Part shown: one piece after another, positions 30,470-40,363 of the stretch
Position numbering within the stretch: position 1 is the first letter of the stretch
Layout: the number at the start of each line of letters is the position of its first letter
NCBI GenBank assembly: GCA_035627015.1
Contig: DASPMO010000039.1
Coordinates: 11,470-75,469 of the forward strand
Source: Thermoanaerobaculia bacterium
GTDB lineage: Bacteria; Acidobacteriota; Thermoanaerobaculia; Gp7-AA8
Reading direction: 5' to 3'
DNA: 64,000 bases
Made by a program: the position numbers and the translations under genes
Notes under the pieces: model-generated
Told to the model about the DNA's origin: nothing
Databases searched by the model: none
What the model saw: the letters and a program-made list of their open reading frames with translations, nothing else

Positions 30470-31234
30470 ATGTTCAGCGAGGACTACCGCAACCGTGTCC
30501 GTGACGAAGCGCTGCGGCTCGCGGAATCGGATCCGCGCATCGTGGCCGGGGCCGTCGTCGGCTCGCTGGCCCACGGCGACGGCGACCGCTGGTCGGACCT
30601 CGATCTCACCTTCGCCGTGGCCGACGCCATCCCCCTCCGCGCCGTGCTCGACGACTGGACCCGGCATTTCCGCGAGCTCGGAGCCGTGCATCTGTTCGAC
30701 GTGGGCAGCGGCGCCGCGATCTACCGCGTGTTCCTGCTCCCGGACTGCCTGCAGTTCGACCTTTCGTTCGCCCCCGCGTCCGACTTCGCCGCCGCCGGTC
30801 CGAAGTTCCGGCTGCTCTTCGGCAGCTCCGTGGAGAAACCGTATCCGAGCCCTCCCTCGGCCCACGACCTGCTCGGCTACGCGGTCCATCACGCGTTACG
30901 CGCGCGCTTCTGCATCGAGCGCGGCCGCGTCTTTCACGCCGAGTACTGGATCAGCGGCGTACGGCATTACGGTCTCAGTCTCGCCTGCCGCCTGCGCGAC
31001 CTTCCCGCGCATTACGGCCGAGGCTACGACGATCTCCCGCGCGAGGTGAGCGCGCCGTTCGCGCGGGCGCTCGCCGCGTCGCTGGATCGCGAGGAGCTGA
31101 TGCGCGCCTTGCGCGGCGCCATCAAGGCCTTGTGGAGCGTCGTGGAGCATGCTCCCGACGTCGACGGCATGGCCGGTCTCGCGGCGCAAGTGGAGCCGGC
31201 GCTCCGGAATCTCACGCGGCGCTGGGACGAATGA
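30470..31234 (+). CDS. Pol-beta superfamily nucleotidyltransferase (antibiotic adenylyltransferase-like)
   Basis: VVGSLAHGDGDRWSDLDL = GS...DxD motif, third Asp in QFDLSF, helical C-terminal domain. Confidence 0.75.
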   Translation: MFSEDYRNRVRDEALRLAESDPRIVAGAVVGSLAHGDGDRWSDLDLTFAVADAIPLRAVLDDWTRHFRELGAVHLFDVGSGAAIYRVFLLPDCLQFDLSFAPASDFAAAGPKFRLLFGSSVEKPYPSPPSAHDLLGYAVHHALRARFCIERGRVFHAEYWISGVRHYGLSLACRLRDLPAHYGRGYDDLPREVSAPFARALAASLDREELMRALRGAIKALWSVVEHAPDVDGMAGLAAQVEPALRNLTRRWDE

Positions 31235-31238
31235 CCGC

Positions 31239-31799
31239 TCAGTAGCGGATGCCGTTGATCTCGGGCGTGCGGTTGTCGAAACACGCCGAGGCGTACTTGC
31301 CGCGGCTGCGCACGTAATGAAGCGTCACCTGGCGATGGAACTGCCCGGGGAACTCCTCGCGCCAGTGCGTGACGTCGCACCCGAGGTAGAGGACTGCCTG
31401 TCCGGGACGCAGATAGACTTCGGCGGTGCCGGTGAGCGGATGACCGAAGTAGATCGGCCAGGGGTGGTCGCCCTCCAGATGGACGCTCACGCTGATCTCC
31501 CCCGACGGCCGGTCGCAGTGCGGTGCGAGCCGCTCGCCGTGCGTGTACGAGCGCGCATAGCAGAACGTGGGGAGCAGCGACGTCCCGGCCCGTTCGGAGA
31601 CCTGCGGCAGTTTCTCGACGAGCAGTTCGACCACCGGAAGGAAGTTGTAGACCGCCGGCGAGCTGGGGCACTGCCCATCGGTGAAGAGCGGGACGGAATC
31701 GAAATAGGTGCACAGCTCGCGAGTCACCCGCTGCACGCGCTCGGGCGGGAGAAAGTCGTCCAGAATCATCACCCGTTTCTTCTGGAGCTCGGGATTCAT
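31239..31799 (-). CDS. 2OG-Fe(II) oxygenase
   Basis: YARSY..GERLAPHCDRP (HxD)...EISVSVHL...THWRE (His)...LHYV. Confidence 0.8.
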   Translation of the reverse strand: MNPELQKKRVMILDDFLPPERVQRVTRELCTYFDSVPLFTDGQCPSSPAVYNFLPVVELLVEKLPQVSERAGTSLLPTFCYARSYTHGERLAPHCDRPSGEISVSVHLEGDHPWPIYFGHPLTGTAEVYLRPGQAVLYLGCDVTHWREEFPGQFHRQVTLHYVRSRGKYASACFDNRTPEINGIRY

Positions 31800-31838
31800 G
31801 CCTGCCCTCCATCTGTCATTATTCCACACGCGGAATCC

Positions 31839-33209
31839 ATGATCGACGACGCGGACGTGATCATCGTCGGCTCCGGCATGGCCGGTGCGGCCGTGTTCCG
31901 GAGCCTCGAGGCCAGCGGCCTCCGGGTCGTGGTCCTGGAGGCCGGACCGGCCCTCGCCGCCGGCCAGACGCACCTGCGCAACCTCCTGCCCGACGATGCG
32001 CAATGGCGCGCGCTCCTCTCGGCCATGCTCGTCCCGCCGGTGCGCGCCGGTGCGGAACCGCTGCAGGGAGTGCCGGCGGCGGGCACGGCGGACCGGGTCC
32101 GTCCCGACCAGCACGCCGACGAAGTGCTGCCCGCCCTCGGCAACTGCAGCGCGACCGGCGGCAACGCGCTCGTCTGGAGCGGCATCGTGTTGCCGCCCGA
32201 GCCGCCGAGCGGCACCGTCTCAACCGCTTCGATGGAGGAGCTCGACGAGGCATCGGCCTGGCTGGCGGCGCGGGTCGTGACCGGCTCCCCGCGACAGGAT
32301 TGGCTGCAGGAGGCCCACGGGCTGGCGCCGGTGCCGCTGGCGTGGTCGCCCGAGCGCGGCTGGCACGGGGCGGGAGAGCTCGCCGGACCGCGATTCGCTC
32401 CGTGGCCGATGCACGCCGCGCGACGCATCGTGCATCGCGGCGGCCGGGCCACCGGGGTCGAGACGGGCGACCGGCTGATCGCCGCGCGGCACGTCGTCGT
32501 CTGCGCCGGCGTGGTCGGCACCATCCGCCTGTTGTGGGCATCGGGACTCGATCGCGACCTCCCCGCCCTCGGGCGCGGCATCGCGCATCATCCCGTGGCG
32601 CTCGCGCAAGTGGCCATGCCGGCGGAGGCTTGGTCGCGCATGTCGCAGGACCCGTGGATCGGACGTCCGGCGGCGGTCCGCGAGCTTCCCGCGCCGGAGG
32701 GGGGACACACGCTGGTCGTGGCCGAGGCGCCCTGGATGGCGGACGCCCGGGTCGATGCGCGTGCCGTGCTTTCGGTCTACGCGTACGCCACGCTCGAAGA
32801 CGATTCCGAGCGCCGGCTGACATTCGACCCCGAAATGCCCGGGCCGGACGGGCTGCCGCTGCCGCGATTCATCGTCCCGCGCACGCCGGCGGTGCGCGCC
32901 TGTGACGCGCGCGTGCTCGAGCGCGCGAAGACGTGGGCGGCTCGGCTCGGGACGATCCTGCCGTCCGGCCGGCCACGCGTCCTGCCGGCGGGAGCGGACC
33001 AGCACCTCTCGGGCGGCGCGCGCATCGGCAGCGCGGACGACCCGCTCGCCGTCGCCGATCCATCCGGACGGCTGCACGGGCTCGAGAATGTCTGGATCGC
33101 GGGCGCGGCCGCGCTGCCGGAGCCGGTCTCGACGCATCCTTCACAGACCATCGTGGCCCTGGCCGCGCGCGCCGGACGGGCAGTCACCGCGTCGTTGCTC
33201 CGCTGCTGA
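31839..33209 (+). CDS. GMC-family FAD oxidoreductase
   Basis: DVIIVGSGMAG...VVVLEAG Rossmann, TGGNALVWSG, QHLSGGARIG, DPSGRLHGLENVWIAG, HPSQT. Confidence 0.82.
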   Translation: MIDDADVIIVGSGMAGAAVFRSLEASGLRVVVLEAGPALAAGQTHLRNLLPDDAQWRALLSAMLVPPVRAGAEPLQGVPAAGTADRVRPDQHADEVLPALGNCSATGGNALVWSGIVLPPEPPSGTVSTASMEELDEASAWLAARVVTGSPRQDWLQEAHGLAPVPLAWSPERGWHGAGELAGPRFAPWPMHAARRIVHRGGRATGVETGDRLIAARHVVVCAGVVGTIRLLWASGLDRDLPALGRGIAHHPVALAQVAMPAEAWSRMSQDPWIGRPAAVRELPAPEGGHTLVVAEAPWMADARVDARAVLSVYAYATLEDDSERRLTFDPEMPGPDGLPLPRFIVPRTPAVRACDARVLERAKTWAARLGTILPSGRPRVLPAGADQHLSGGARIGSADDPLAVADPSGRLHGLENVWIAGAAALPEPVSTHPSQTIVALAARAGRAVTASLLRC

Positions 33210-33245
33210 ACGCGGTTTATCATCGGGCCGGAACTCCTGACTTCT

Positions 33246-34085
33246 ATGTGTCCTTACGTGCCGAGTTGGCCAACCGCCGGCGACGTTGCGCATTTCCACC
33301 AGCACGGCTGGGTCACGTCGCCCCCGATCGTGCCGGAAGACCTCCTGGACGAGGCTGCCGAGACAGTCGAGGCCTACTACCTCGGCGAGCGCGATCACCA
33401 TCTGCCGGTGCAGGGGTTTCTCGACTGGCATCCCGAGCACGGCGAAGGGCTGCGCCTCAACGACTACGTCTCCCTACAGTCCGACACCCTGCGCAGGCTG
33501 GTCTGCCTGCCGGAGATTGCACGGGCGGCGGCCATGCTGATCGGCGTGGAGCGCGTGCGCCTCTTCCACGATCAGCTCATCACCAAACCACCCGCCGCCG
33601 GCGTGGACACCCGGGTCGGCTGGCACACCGACAAGTCATACTGGAAGACCTGCTCGTCCGAGAAGATGCTGACCGCCTGGATCCCGTTCCAGGATTGCTC
33701 GGAGGAGGCCGGCCCGCTGGCCGTCGTCGACGGGAGCCACAAATGGCAGGACACGGACTGGATGTCGACGTTCGTCGTCCAGGATTTCGCCTCCATCGAG
33801 GAGCGGCTGGAGCGTCCCATCCGGCCGCGCCCGCTGCTGCTGAAACGGGGGCAGGTCAGCTTCCATCACGCCCGGACGATCCACGGCAGTTTCGCCAATC
33901 GCAGCAACGGCTTCCGCACCGCGCTGGCCGTGCATCTTCAGGATGAGGACAACGTCTATACGCGGCCCGAGGCGGTCGACGGACGCGTGCCCGTGCACAT
34001 CAACGATCTTCTTTGCCGGCGGCGACCGGACGGCAGTCCGGATTACAGCGACCCGGACATCTGCCCGACGCTCTGGCCCGTGTGA
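33246..34085 (+). CDS. PhyH-family Fe(II)/2OG dioxygenase (copy 1)
   Basis: LFHDQLITKPP, WHTD (HxD), LTAWIPFQD, GPL.VVDGSH, FHHARTIHGS..N. Confidence 0.9.
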   Translation: MCPYVPSWPTAGDVAHFHQHGWVTSPPIVPEDLLDEAAETVEAYYLGERDHHLPVQGFLDWHPEHGEGLRLNDYVSLQSDTLRRLVCLPEIARAAAMLIGVERVRLFHDQLITKPPAAGVDTRVGWHTDKSYWKTCSSEKMLTAWIPFQDCSEEAGPLAVVDGSHKWQDTDWMSTFVVQDFASIEERLERPIRPRPLLLKRGQVSFHHARTIHGSFANRSNGFRTALAVHLQDEDNVYTRPEAVDGRVPVHINDLLCRRRPDGSPDYSDPDICPTLWPV

Positions 34086-34093
34086 CCACGAAC

Positions 34094-37000
34094 ATGACCA
34101 CGATGGCCATCGCGCATCCGAATCGAGGGCTGCCCCTGTCACGGCAGCGGTCGGGCGTCTTCTCCCCGCGCCGCGAGCGCACAGCCATCCACATGACCGC
34201 GACGCCGCCGCAGCTCGCGGCGGCCGTGGCTGTGGTGCTCTTCCGCTATCACGGCCACGCCCCGGTCCCGGTCGGCCTCGGAACGTCCGCTCCCCAGCTG
34301 GTCGAGGTGGAGATCGATCCCTCCGCGACCATCGGCGCGCTGCGCGCGCGCATGGCCGGCGCCTTCGAAGCCTTGCGCGGAGCCGCGCCGGCGCAGGAAG
34401 GAAACCGCAATCCGGAATTCGATGTGAGCGTGCTCGCGTCGGAGCCCGCGGGAGACTGGCGCGAGGACGTGGTCCTCTACCCGCTCGAGGAGCGCGTGGA
34501 AGCGCTGTGGCGCGCGCGCCTGCTCGACGTGAAGATGGTCGAGCGCTTCCTGACGCACGTCCGCGCCGTGCTCGCGGCGGATGACGGGCAGCCGGCCGAC
34601 GGCATCGACATCGTTTCCGGCGACGAGAAGGAGTTCCTGCGACAGTTCGAAGTCGGACCGCCGGCCGAGGCGATGCCGCCCGTGCACGCCGCCTTCGTGG
34701 CGCAGGCGCGGCGCACGCCGGAGCAGCCGGCCCTGCAGATCGGCGCGGTCACGATCTCCTACGCGGAGATGGAGCGGCGGTCGGCGGTCATCGCCGGCGC
34801 CCTCACCTCGCGCGGGGTGGCCGCCGGCGAGGCGGTGGCGCTCTGCGTCTCGGCGGCCGAGGGGGTCACGGCGCTGGTGGGTATCCTTCGCGCGGGCGCC
34901 GCGGCCGTACCGCTCGACGGCACGCTCCCGCCGGCGCGTCTCCGGTCGCACGTCGAGCAGGCGAACGTGCAGTGGGCGGTCGTCGACGAGCGCCACCGCC
35001 CTCTCGTGCCGGTCGAGCAGGTGGTCACGCTCGACGCTCTCGACTGGAACGCCGAGGCCGGCCTCATCGACCCGCCGGTGACGGACGAGTCGCCCGCCTA
35101 CATTCTTTATACCTCCGGCTCGACCGGGACGCCGAAAGGTATCCGCATGCCGCACCGGGGGCTGAGCAACGTCACCAGCTGGCAGATGGCCCGCAGCGCG
35201 CCCGCGCCGCGCACGCTGCACCGCACCTCGCTCGCCTTCGACGTCTCGATGCAGGAGATCTTCTCCACGTTGTGCGCGGGCGGCTGTCTCGTGGTCGCCG
35301 ACGACGAGGTCCGCGGCGATCCTTCCCGGCTGCCCGATTTCATCGCCGAGCACCGCATCGAGCGTGCGTTCGTGCCGCCGGTGTCGCTGTACCAGATCGC
35401 GGCCGCGCTCGATGCGCGTCCGCAGCCGCTGCCGTCGCTGCGCGAGGTCTACGTCGCCGGCGAGGCGCTGAAGCTCGAGCCGGCGGTGGTGCGGATGTTC
35501 CGGAGCGTCGACGCGATCCTGGAGAACCACTACGGTCCGACCGAGACGCACGTCGCCACGACGTACCGCCTCGAAGAGTCGCCGCTGCGCTGGAGCACGC
35601 GCCCCCCGATCGGGCGTCCCGTTCCCGGCCTCGAGGTGCGCATCCTCGACGGACGCGCCAGGCGCGCCCCCCTCGGTATTGCCGGCGAGATCATCGTCCG
35701 CGGCCGACAGGTCGCGGACGGCTATCTCCTCGGCGTTCCGTTCATCGCGGAGGACGGCACGCCCGCCTACGCCACCGGCGACCTGGGACGCTGGACCGCC
35801 ACGGGCGATCTCGAGTTCCTCGGCCGCAAAGACCGCCAGGTGAAAGTGCGCGGGTATCGCATCGAGCCGGGCGAGATCGAGCTCGCGCTGCAGGCGCAGC
35901 CGGGCGTCCGCGCCGCCGTCGCCGCGGCGCTCGACGACGGCGGCTCGACGCGCCTCGTCGCCTGGATCGTGCCCGACACCATGTTCCCCGGCGTGGCCGC
36001 CATCCGCAAACGGCTGCTGGACGTCCTGCCCGAGTACATGGTCCCGGCGCTGAGCGGCTTCGCGGTCATCGATCGGTTGCCGCTGACGCGGACAGGGAAA
36101 GTCGATCTCTCCGCGCTCAAGCCGCCCGGACAGGGCGAGACCGATCCGGCCCTCCACTACGCTCCCTCGCGGAACGACGTGGAGGCGGCCGTCGCGGAGA
36201 TCTGGCGCCGCGAGCTGGGGCTCGAGCGCGTCGGCATTCACGACGACTTCGTGGAGATCGGCGGCCATTCGCTGGTCGCCATCCGCATCGTGTCGCAACT
36301 GAACGAGCGCTTCGGCGTCAACCTCCCCCTGCGCCTGCTGCTGCGCGGCGGAACCGTGGCCACGGTGGCCAGCCGTCTCGTCGACAACAGCGCGGCGCAA
36401 CCGGAGAACGGGGCGCTCGTGCGCTGCCCGCTGCCCGACGGCAAGATCGTCATCGCACCGTCCGCGGGCGAGGCGCAGTATCTCTGGCAGGACGTCTTCG
36501 CGCTCGACAGCTACGGCGCGCCGGTCGTGTACGACCGCGACGCGGTCGTCGTCGACGTCGGCGCGCACGTCGGCCTCTTCTCGCTGTACGCCCTCGCCGC
36601 CGCGCCGGAGGGACGCGTCGTGGCCATCGAGCCGGTGCCGGTGCTGGTCGAGGCGCTCAAGCGGAACACCGAAAGCCACGGCAGCCGCATCGCCTATTAC
36701 TCCACTGCCGTCGGGGACCACGACGCGAGCGCGTCGATGACGTACTACCCGAAGCTGTCGGGGATGAGCTCCCTGCGCGCCAGTCCGGCGGCCGACGCCT
36801 CGCTGCTGCGCCGCATCATGCACAATCTCCTGGAGCGGCGGCCCGAGGCCGATACGCTCCTCGGCGAGCTGGACGAGCTCGTCGCCGAGCGGCTCGAGGC
36901 GCAGACGTTCGAGTGCACCGTGCGCCGGCTGGAGAGCATCCTGGACGAGGCCGCGCCGGAGCGGATCGACGTCCTCAAGATCGACGTGCAGCGCTACGAA

Positions 37001-37189
37001 GAGCCGGTGCTCCACGGCGTGGGCAACGCCTGGGACCGCGTCCGGCAGGTGGTCGTGGAAGTCCACGACGAGGACGGCGCGTTCGATCGCATCGACGGAT
37101 TCCTGCGCCGGAAGGGCTTCTCGACGTCGGCCAAGGATCTGCCGATCCACGCCGGGACGCCCGTGCGCTTCCTGGTCGGAACCAAGTGA
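34094..37189 (+). CDS. NRPS-like protein: degenerate C fragment - A (Pro-like) - T - FkbM methyltransferase
   Basis: YTSGSTGTPKG, FDVSMQEI, HYGPTETHV (by-eye pocket DVQFYAHVAK), FVEIGGHSL, VDVGAHVGLFS...IEPVP, IDVLKIDVQ. Confidence 0.9.
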   Translation: MTTMAIAHPNRGLPLSRQRSGVFSPRRERTAIHMTATPPQLAAAVAVVLFRYHGHAPVPVGLGTSAPQLVEVEIDPSATIGALRARMAGAFEALRGAAPAQEGNRNPEFDVSVLASEPAGDWREDVVLYPLEERVEALWRARLLDVKMVERFLTHVRAVLAADDGQPADGIDIVSGDEKEFLRQFEVGPPAEAMPPVHAAFVAQARRTPEQPALQIGAVTISYAEMERRSAVIAGALTSRGVAAGEAVALCVSAAEGVTALVGILRAGAAAVPLDGTLPPARLRSHVEQANVQWAVVDERHRPLVPVEQVVTLDALDWNAEAGLIDPPVTDESPAYILYTSGSTGTPKGIRMPHRGLSNVTSWQMARSAPAPRTLHRTSLAFDVSMQEIFSTLCAGGCLVVADDEVRGDPSRLPDFIAEHRIERAFVPPVSLYQIAAALDARPQPLPSLREVYVAGEALKLEPAVVRMFRSVDAILENHYGPTETHVATTYRLEESPLRWSTRPPIGRPVPGLEVRILDGRARRAPLGIAGEIIVRGRQVADGYLLGVPFIAEDGTPAYATGDLGRWTATGDLEFLGRKDRQVKVRGYRIEPGEIELALQAQPGVRAAVAAALDDGGSTRLVAWIVPDTMFPGVAAIRKRLLDVLPEYMVPALSGFAVIDRLPLTRTGKVDLSALKPPGQGETDPALHYAPSRNDVEAAVAEIWRRELGLERVGIHDDFVEIGGHSLVAIRIVSQLNERFGVNLPLRLLLRGGTVATVASRLVDNSAAQPENGALVRCPLPDGKIVIAPSAGEAQYLWQDVFALDSYGAPVVYDRDAVVVDVGAHVGLFSLYALAAAPEGRVVAIEPVPVLVEALKRNTESHGSRIAYYSTAVGDHDASASMTYYPKLSGMSSLRASPAADASLLRRIMHNLLERRPEADTLLGELDELVAERLEAQTFECTVRRLESILDEAAPERIDVLKIDVQRYEEPVLHGVGNAWDRVRQVVVEVHDEDGAFDRIDGFLRRKGFSTSAKDLPIHAGTPVRFLVGTK

Positions 37190-38511
37190 ACACGAGCTCC
37201 GCCGCCGCCCTGGGCCGCCTGGCTGATTCGCTCCCGCGCTGCGACGTGATGAATCTCGGCTATGCGCTGCTGGTGGAAGGGCCGTTGACCGCCGCGGCCA
37301 TGCAGCGTGCCGTCAGCGAGGTCCTGGCCGCGGATCCACTGCTCGCCGGCCCGTGGCTGTGGCGTGACGGCGCCGCCGCACGCGAGGACTTTGCCTTCCT
37401 GGCCGCCCGGCATCTCGCGACGCCGCTCGATCCCGAGGCCCCGTTCAGCGCCGCGTTGTGGTCCGGCGGACCGGACAGCCACCTGTTCCTGCTGGCCATC
37501 CACCATCTCGTCGCCGACGGCGTGGTGCTCGACCGGCTGGCCGCCGACCTCACGCGGCGACTGCAGGGGAAAGAGCTGCCGCCGGTCGAGTTCGCACCGC
37601 AACGGGCGCTCTCCGCGCCCGCGCCGTATACGGCGCCGCGGCTGCCCCTCGCGCCGGCTCCCCCCAGCGTGCGGGCGAGCTGCCGCGCGACCACGCTTCC
37701 GGCCGAGCTGGCGGAGCAGTTCCGCGGCACGATGCGCGGCTGGCGCACCACCCCGTTCGCGGGGGCGATCGCCTGCGTCGTGGCCGCGGTCGCAGGATGG
37801 ACCGGCCAGACCGAAGTCGGCGTCACCATCCAGGTCGCCGGCCGCAACTCGAACGCCGCCCTGCGCGCACCGGGCCCGTGGTACGACCACGCCAACCTCA
37901 CCTTCCCCGTTACGCCGGGCGAGCCGTTGCGCGCGCTCCTGCTCGACGTCGGCAAACGGGTCGTGACGAGCCTCACCACGGAGGGCTTGTGGGCCGCCGC
38001 GCGCCACGAGGAGCCGTGTCCCGAGCTGCTCGTGGTCTACGACCGCTTTCCGCTGTCGAGCATGGCCATCCCCGGCTGCCGCGTCACGCCGGTGGCGGTG
38101 CAGCGGCAGCCGGAGCGGGCGGACGGTCCGCGCGAGTACCTCGTGGCCACGGAAGCGGACATCGTCGTGTTCTTCCGCGAACAGGCGGGGACGCTCGGCA
38201 TGTCGCTGTTCACCAAGACGGCGCGCGTTCCCGAGCAGACCGCGGCGCTGCTGTTCGATTCGATTCTCGACACGCTGCACGTGCTGAGCGCGGACGATCA
38301 GCAACCGGTCGAGCGCCTCGACTTCCCGCCCGACGGCGCGACCTCGCCGGCGCCGGTGGCCTGGCCCGAGCCTGCCTTGTGCGAGGCGCCGCTGGTGGAC
38401 GCGGTGTCGCCCGTGTTCCGCGTCCGCGACGACACGCTACGCGCATTCGCGCGCGATGCCGAACGAACACTGCACGAATGGGGGGTGCCGCCATGGCAGC
38501 GAGCGTCATGA
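37186..38511 (+). CDS. Stand-alone condensation-domain protein (GTG start overlapping upstream stop)
   Basis: MNLGYALLVEGPL, LLLAIHHLVADG (HHxxxDG), EVGVTIQVAGR. Confidence 0.78.
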   Translation: MNTSSAAALGRLADSLPRCDVMNLGYALLVEGPLTAAAMQRAVSEVLAADPLLAGPWLWRDGAAAREDFAFLAARHLATPLDPEAPFSAALWSGGPDSHLFLLAIHHLVADGVVLDRLAADLTRRLQGKELPPVEFAPQRALSAPAPYTAPRLPLAPAPPSVRASCRATTLPAELAEQFRGTMRGWRTTPFAGAIACVVAAVAGWTGQTEVGVTIQVAGRNSNAALRAPGPWYDHANLTFPVTPGEPLRALLLDVGKRVVTSLTTEGLWAAARHEEPCPELLVVYDRFPLSSMAIPGCRVTPVAVQRQPERADGPREYLVATEADIVVFFREQAGTLGMSLFTKTARVPEQTAALLFDSILDTLHVLSADDQQPVERLDFPPDGATSPAPVAWPEPALCEAPLVDAVSPVFRVRDDTLRAFARDAERTLHEWGVPPWQRAS

Positions 38512-39383
38512 GCGCCGGGGAGCGCGCGCTGCTGCCAACGCCGGAGCAGGTCGCGGAGTACGAGGCACACGGCTGGTGGATCTCCCCGCCGTGCATCGGC
38601 GAGGAGGCGCTGGAGGAGCTGCGGTTCGGCATCGAGCGCTATTACTCCGGCGAGCGCGATTGGCGCCTGCCCATCGTTTCCGCCTCGGACTGGACGCCCG
38701 CCGACGGCGACGTCGTGCGGCAGAACGACTTCGCCTCGCTGCAACTGGAGGAGTTCCGCGCCTTTCTGCTGCGCCAGCCCGTCATCGCGGCCATGGCCGC
38801 GCGGCTCGCGCGCAGCCCGTCGGTCCGCCTGTTCCACGACCAGATCGTCTACAAACCCGCCGGCCGTTCGCTGCAGGAGACGGGCGTCGGCTGGCACACG
38901 GACCGTTCGTACTGGAGGACCTGCACGTCGGCGCGCATGCTCACCGCCTGGATTCCGCTGGCCGATGTCGACGAGCGCTCCGGCACGATGACGGTCATCG
39001 ACGGGAGCCATCTCTGGCCGGACGCCGAGAAGCTGCGCCGCTTCCACGAGCGCGACGTCGACGCCGTGCAGCGCGAGATCACCCCCTCCGGTGCCTGGAT
39101 CGAGGTACCGTACCGCATGCGCGCCGGACAGGTCGCGTTCCACCACTGCAGGACGATCCACGGCAGCCGGCAGAACATGTCGGACGTGCCGCGCATCGCC
39201 TGGGCGGTCCATTTCCAGGACGAAGACAACCGGTGGCAGCCCGCGACCAACCCCGACGGCACGATGACGCCGCACATGAATGACCTGCTGTGCCGGAAGA
39301 CCCCGGACGGCACACCCGACTACCGCGACCCCGACGTCTGTCCCGAATTGTGGCGAGAGGAGCCGTATGAACCGTTCATCTGA
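38508..39383 (+). CDS. PhyH-family Fe(II)/2OG dioxygenase (copy 2)
   Basis: LFHDQIVYKP, WHTDRSYW, LTAWIPLAD, IDGSH, FHHCRTIHGS; ATGA overlap. Confidence 0.9.
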   Translation: MSAGERALLPTPEQVAEYEAHGWWISPPCIGEEALEELRFGIERYYSGERDWRLPIVSASDWTPADGDVVRQNDFASLQLEEFRAFLLRQPVIAAMAARLARSPSVRLFHDQIVYKPAGRSLQETGVGWHTDRSYWRTCTSARMLTAWIPLADVDERSGTMTVIDGSHLWPDAEKLRRFHERDVDAVQREITPSGAWIEVPYRMRAGQVAFHHCRTIHGSRQNMSDVPRIAWAVHFQDEDNRWQPATNPDGTMTPHMNDLLCRKTPDGTPDYRDPDVCPELWREEPYEPFI

Positions 39384-39594
39384 GGCTGCAGTGGCAGCCC
39401 TCTACACAGCCGTCGCCGAGATCCTGCAGATCGACTCCGCGCGGCCGCAGGACAACTTCATCGAGCTCGGAGGGAACTCGCTGCTCGCGGTCATTCTCGC
39501 CAACCGCATGGAAGACGAGTTCGGGACGCGGCTCGATGTGATGGACATCTTCAATCTCGAGCTCGGCCAGCTCGAGCCTCTGCTCGGTCCATGA
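39367..39594 (+). CDS. Stand-alone peptidyl carrier protein
   Basis: AEILQIDSARPQDNFIELGGNSLLAVILANRMEDEFG...DIF. Confidence 0.88.
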   Translation: MNRSSEAAVAALYTAVAEILQIDSARPQDNFIELGGNSLLAVILANRMEDEFGTRLDVMDIFNLELGQLEPLLGP

Positions 39595-40327
39595 CCATGA
39601 TCGCGAATGCATCCGGCGGGACTTCACGCAGGCGGCGCGCGGCCACGACCGCGACGCGCCATCCCTCTGGAACCGCGGCCACGATCTGCGGGATGGACGG
39701 CAACCGCGGGAAGGGGAACGCCGGATCGTGCGCGAAGCGCACAGGAAGCGCGTCGCCGAGGATGGTGATCAGCGCGCGGCTGCCGGCGGCGGAATGGCCG
39801 CTCAGCTCCGCCACCAGGCGCTCCCAAGCACGCCCGGGCAGGTACTCCAGCAGCCCCTCGGCAATCCACAACGTCGCGCGCTCGGGATCGAATGACGCCC
39901 TGCGCAACCCCTCGGCCAGTCCGCCGGGGAGGCGCGCGTCGATGCGCTCTCCCCTGCCGTCGGCCGGGAGCAGCGTCCGGGCCAGCGCATTGACGGCGGC
40001 CGAGTCGACGGCGATCGCGCGTGCGCCCGGCGGCAGCGGCACGCGCCGGAAGCGCGTGTCGAGTCCCGCGCCGAGGACCACGACTTGGTCGATCCCCGCG
40101 GCCAGCGCGGCCGCGGTCTCCTCGTCCAGTTGCAGCGTCCGCAGCGCCACGATGTCGGCGAAGAGCGGCGACTCCGCGCTGCCCGGCCACGGCGGCAACC
40201 GCGCCGCCGCTTCTTCCGCCGCGGGGTCGGCGAACAACCGGTCGTTCCGCCGCGACTCCGCCGCTCGCCAGGACAGCGTCATGGCCGCGGAGCGCTCGAC
40301 GGGATCGAGATGGGACCAGTCCGGCAT
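39551..40327 (-). CDS. LCM-family (leucine carboxyl methyltransferase-like) SAM-dependent methyltransferase
   Basis: RAAESRRNDRLFADP, LRTLQLDE, QVVVLGAGLDTR, TLWIAEGLLEYL. Confidence 0.85.
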   Translation of the reverse strand: MPDWSHLDPVERSAAMTLSWRAAESRRNDRLFADPAAEEAAARLPPWPGSAESPLFADIVALRTLQLDEETAAALAAGIDQVVVLGAGLDTRFRRVPLPPGARAIAVDSAAVNALARTLLPADGRGERIDARLPGGLAEGLRRASFDPERATLWIAEGLLEYLPGRAWERLVAELSGHSAAGSRALITILGDALPVRFAHDPAFPFPRLPSIPQIVAAVPEGWRVAVVAARRLREVPPDAFAIMVMDRAEARAGRARD

Positions 40328-40363
40328 CAATCGTTCGGAACCGAAGGATACGCGGGTGCGGCC

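Noticed and set aside
33246-39383. PhyH enzymes as SyrB2-type halogenases
   Set aside because: Both keep the HxD carboxylate (WHTD); halogenases have HxA/HxG
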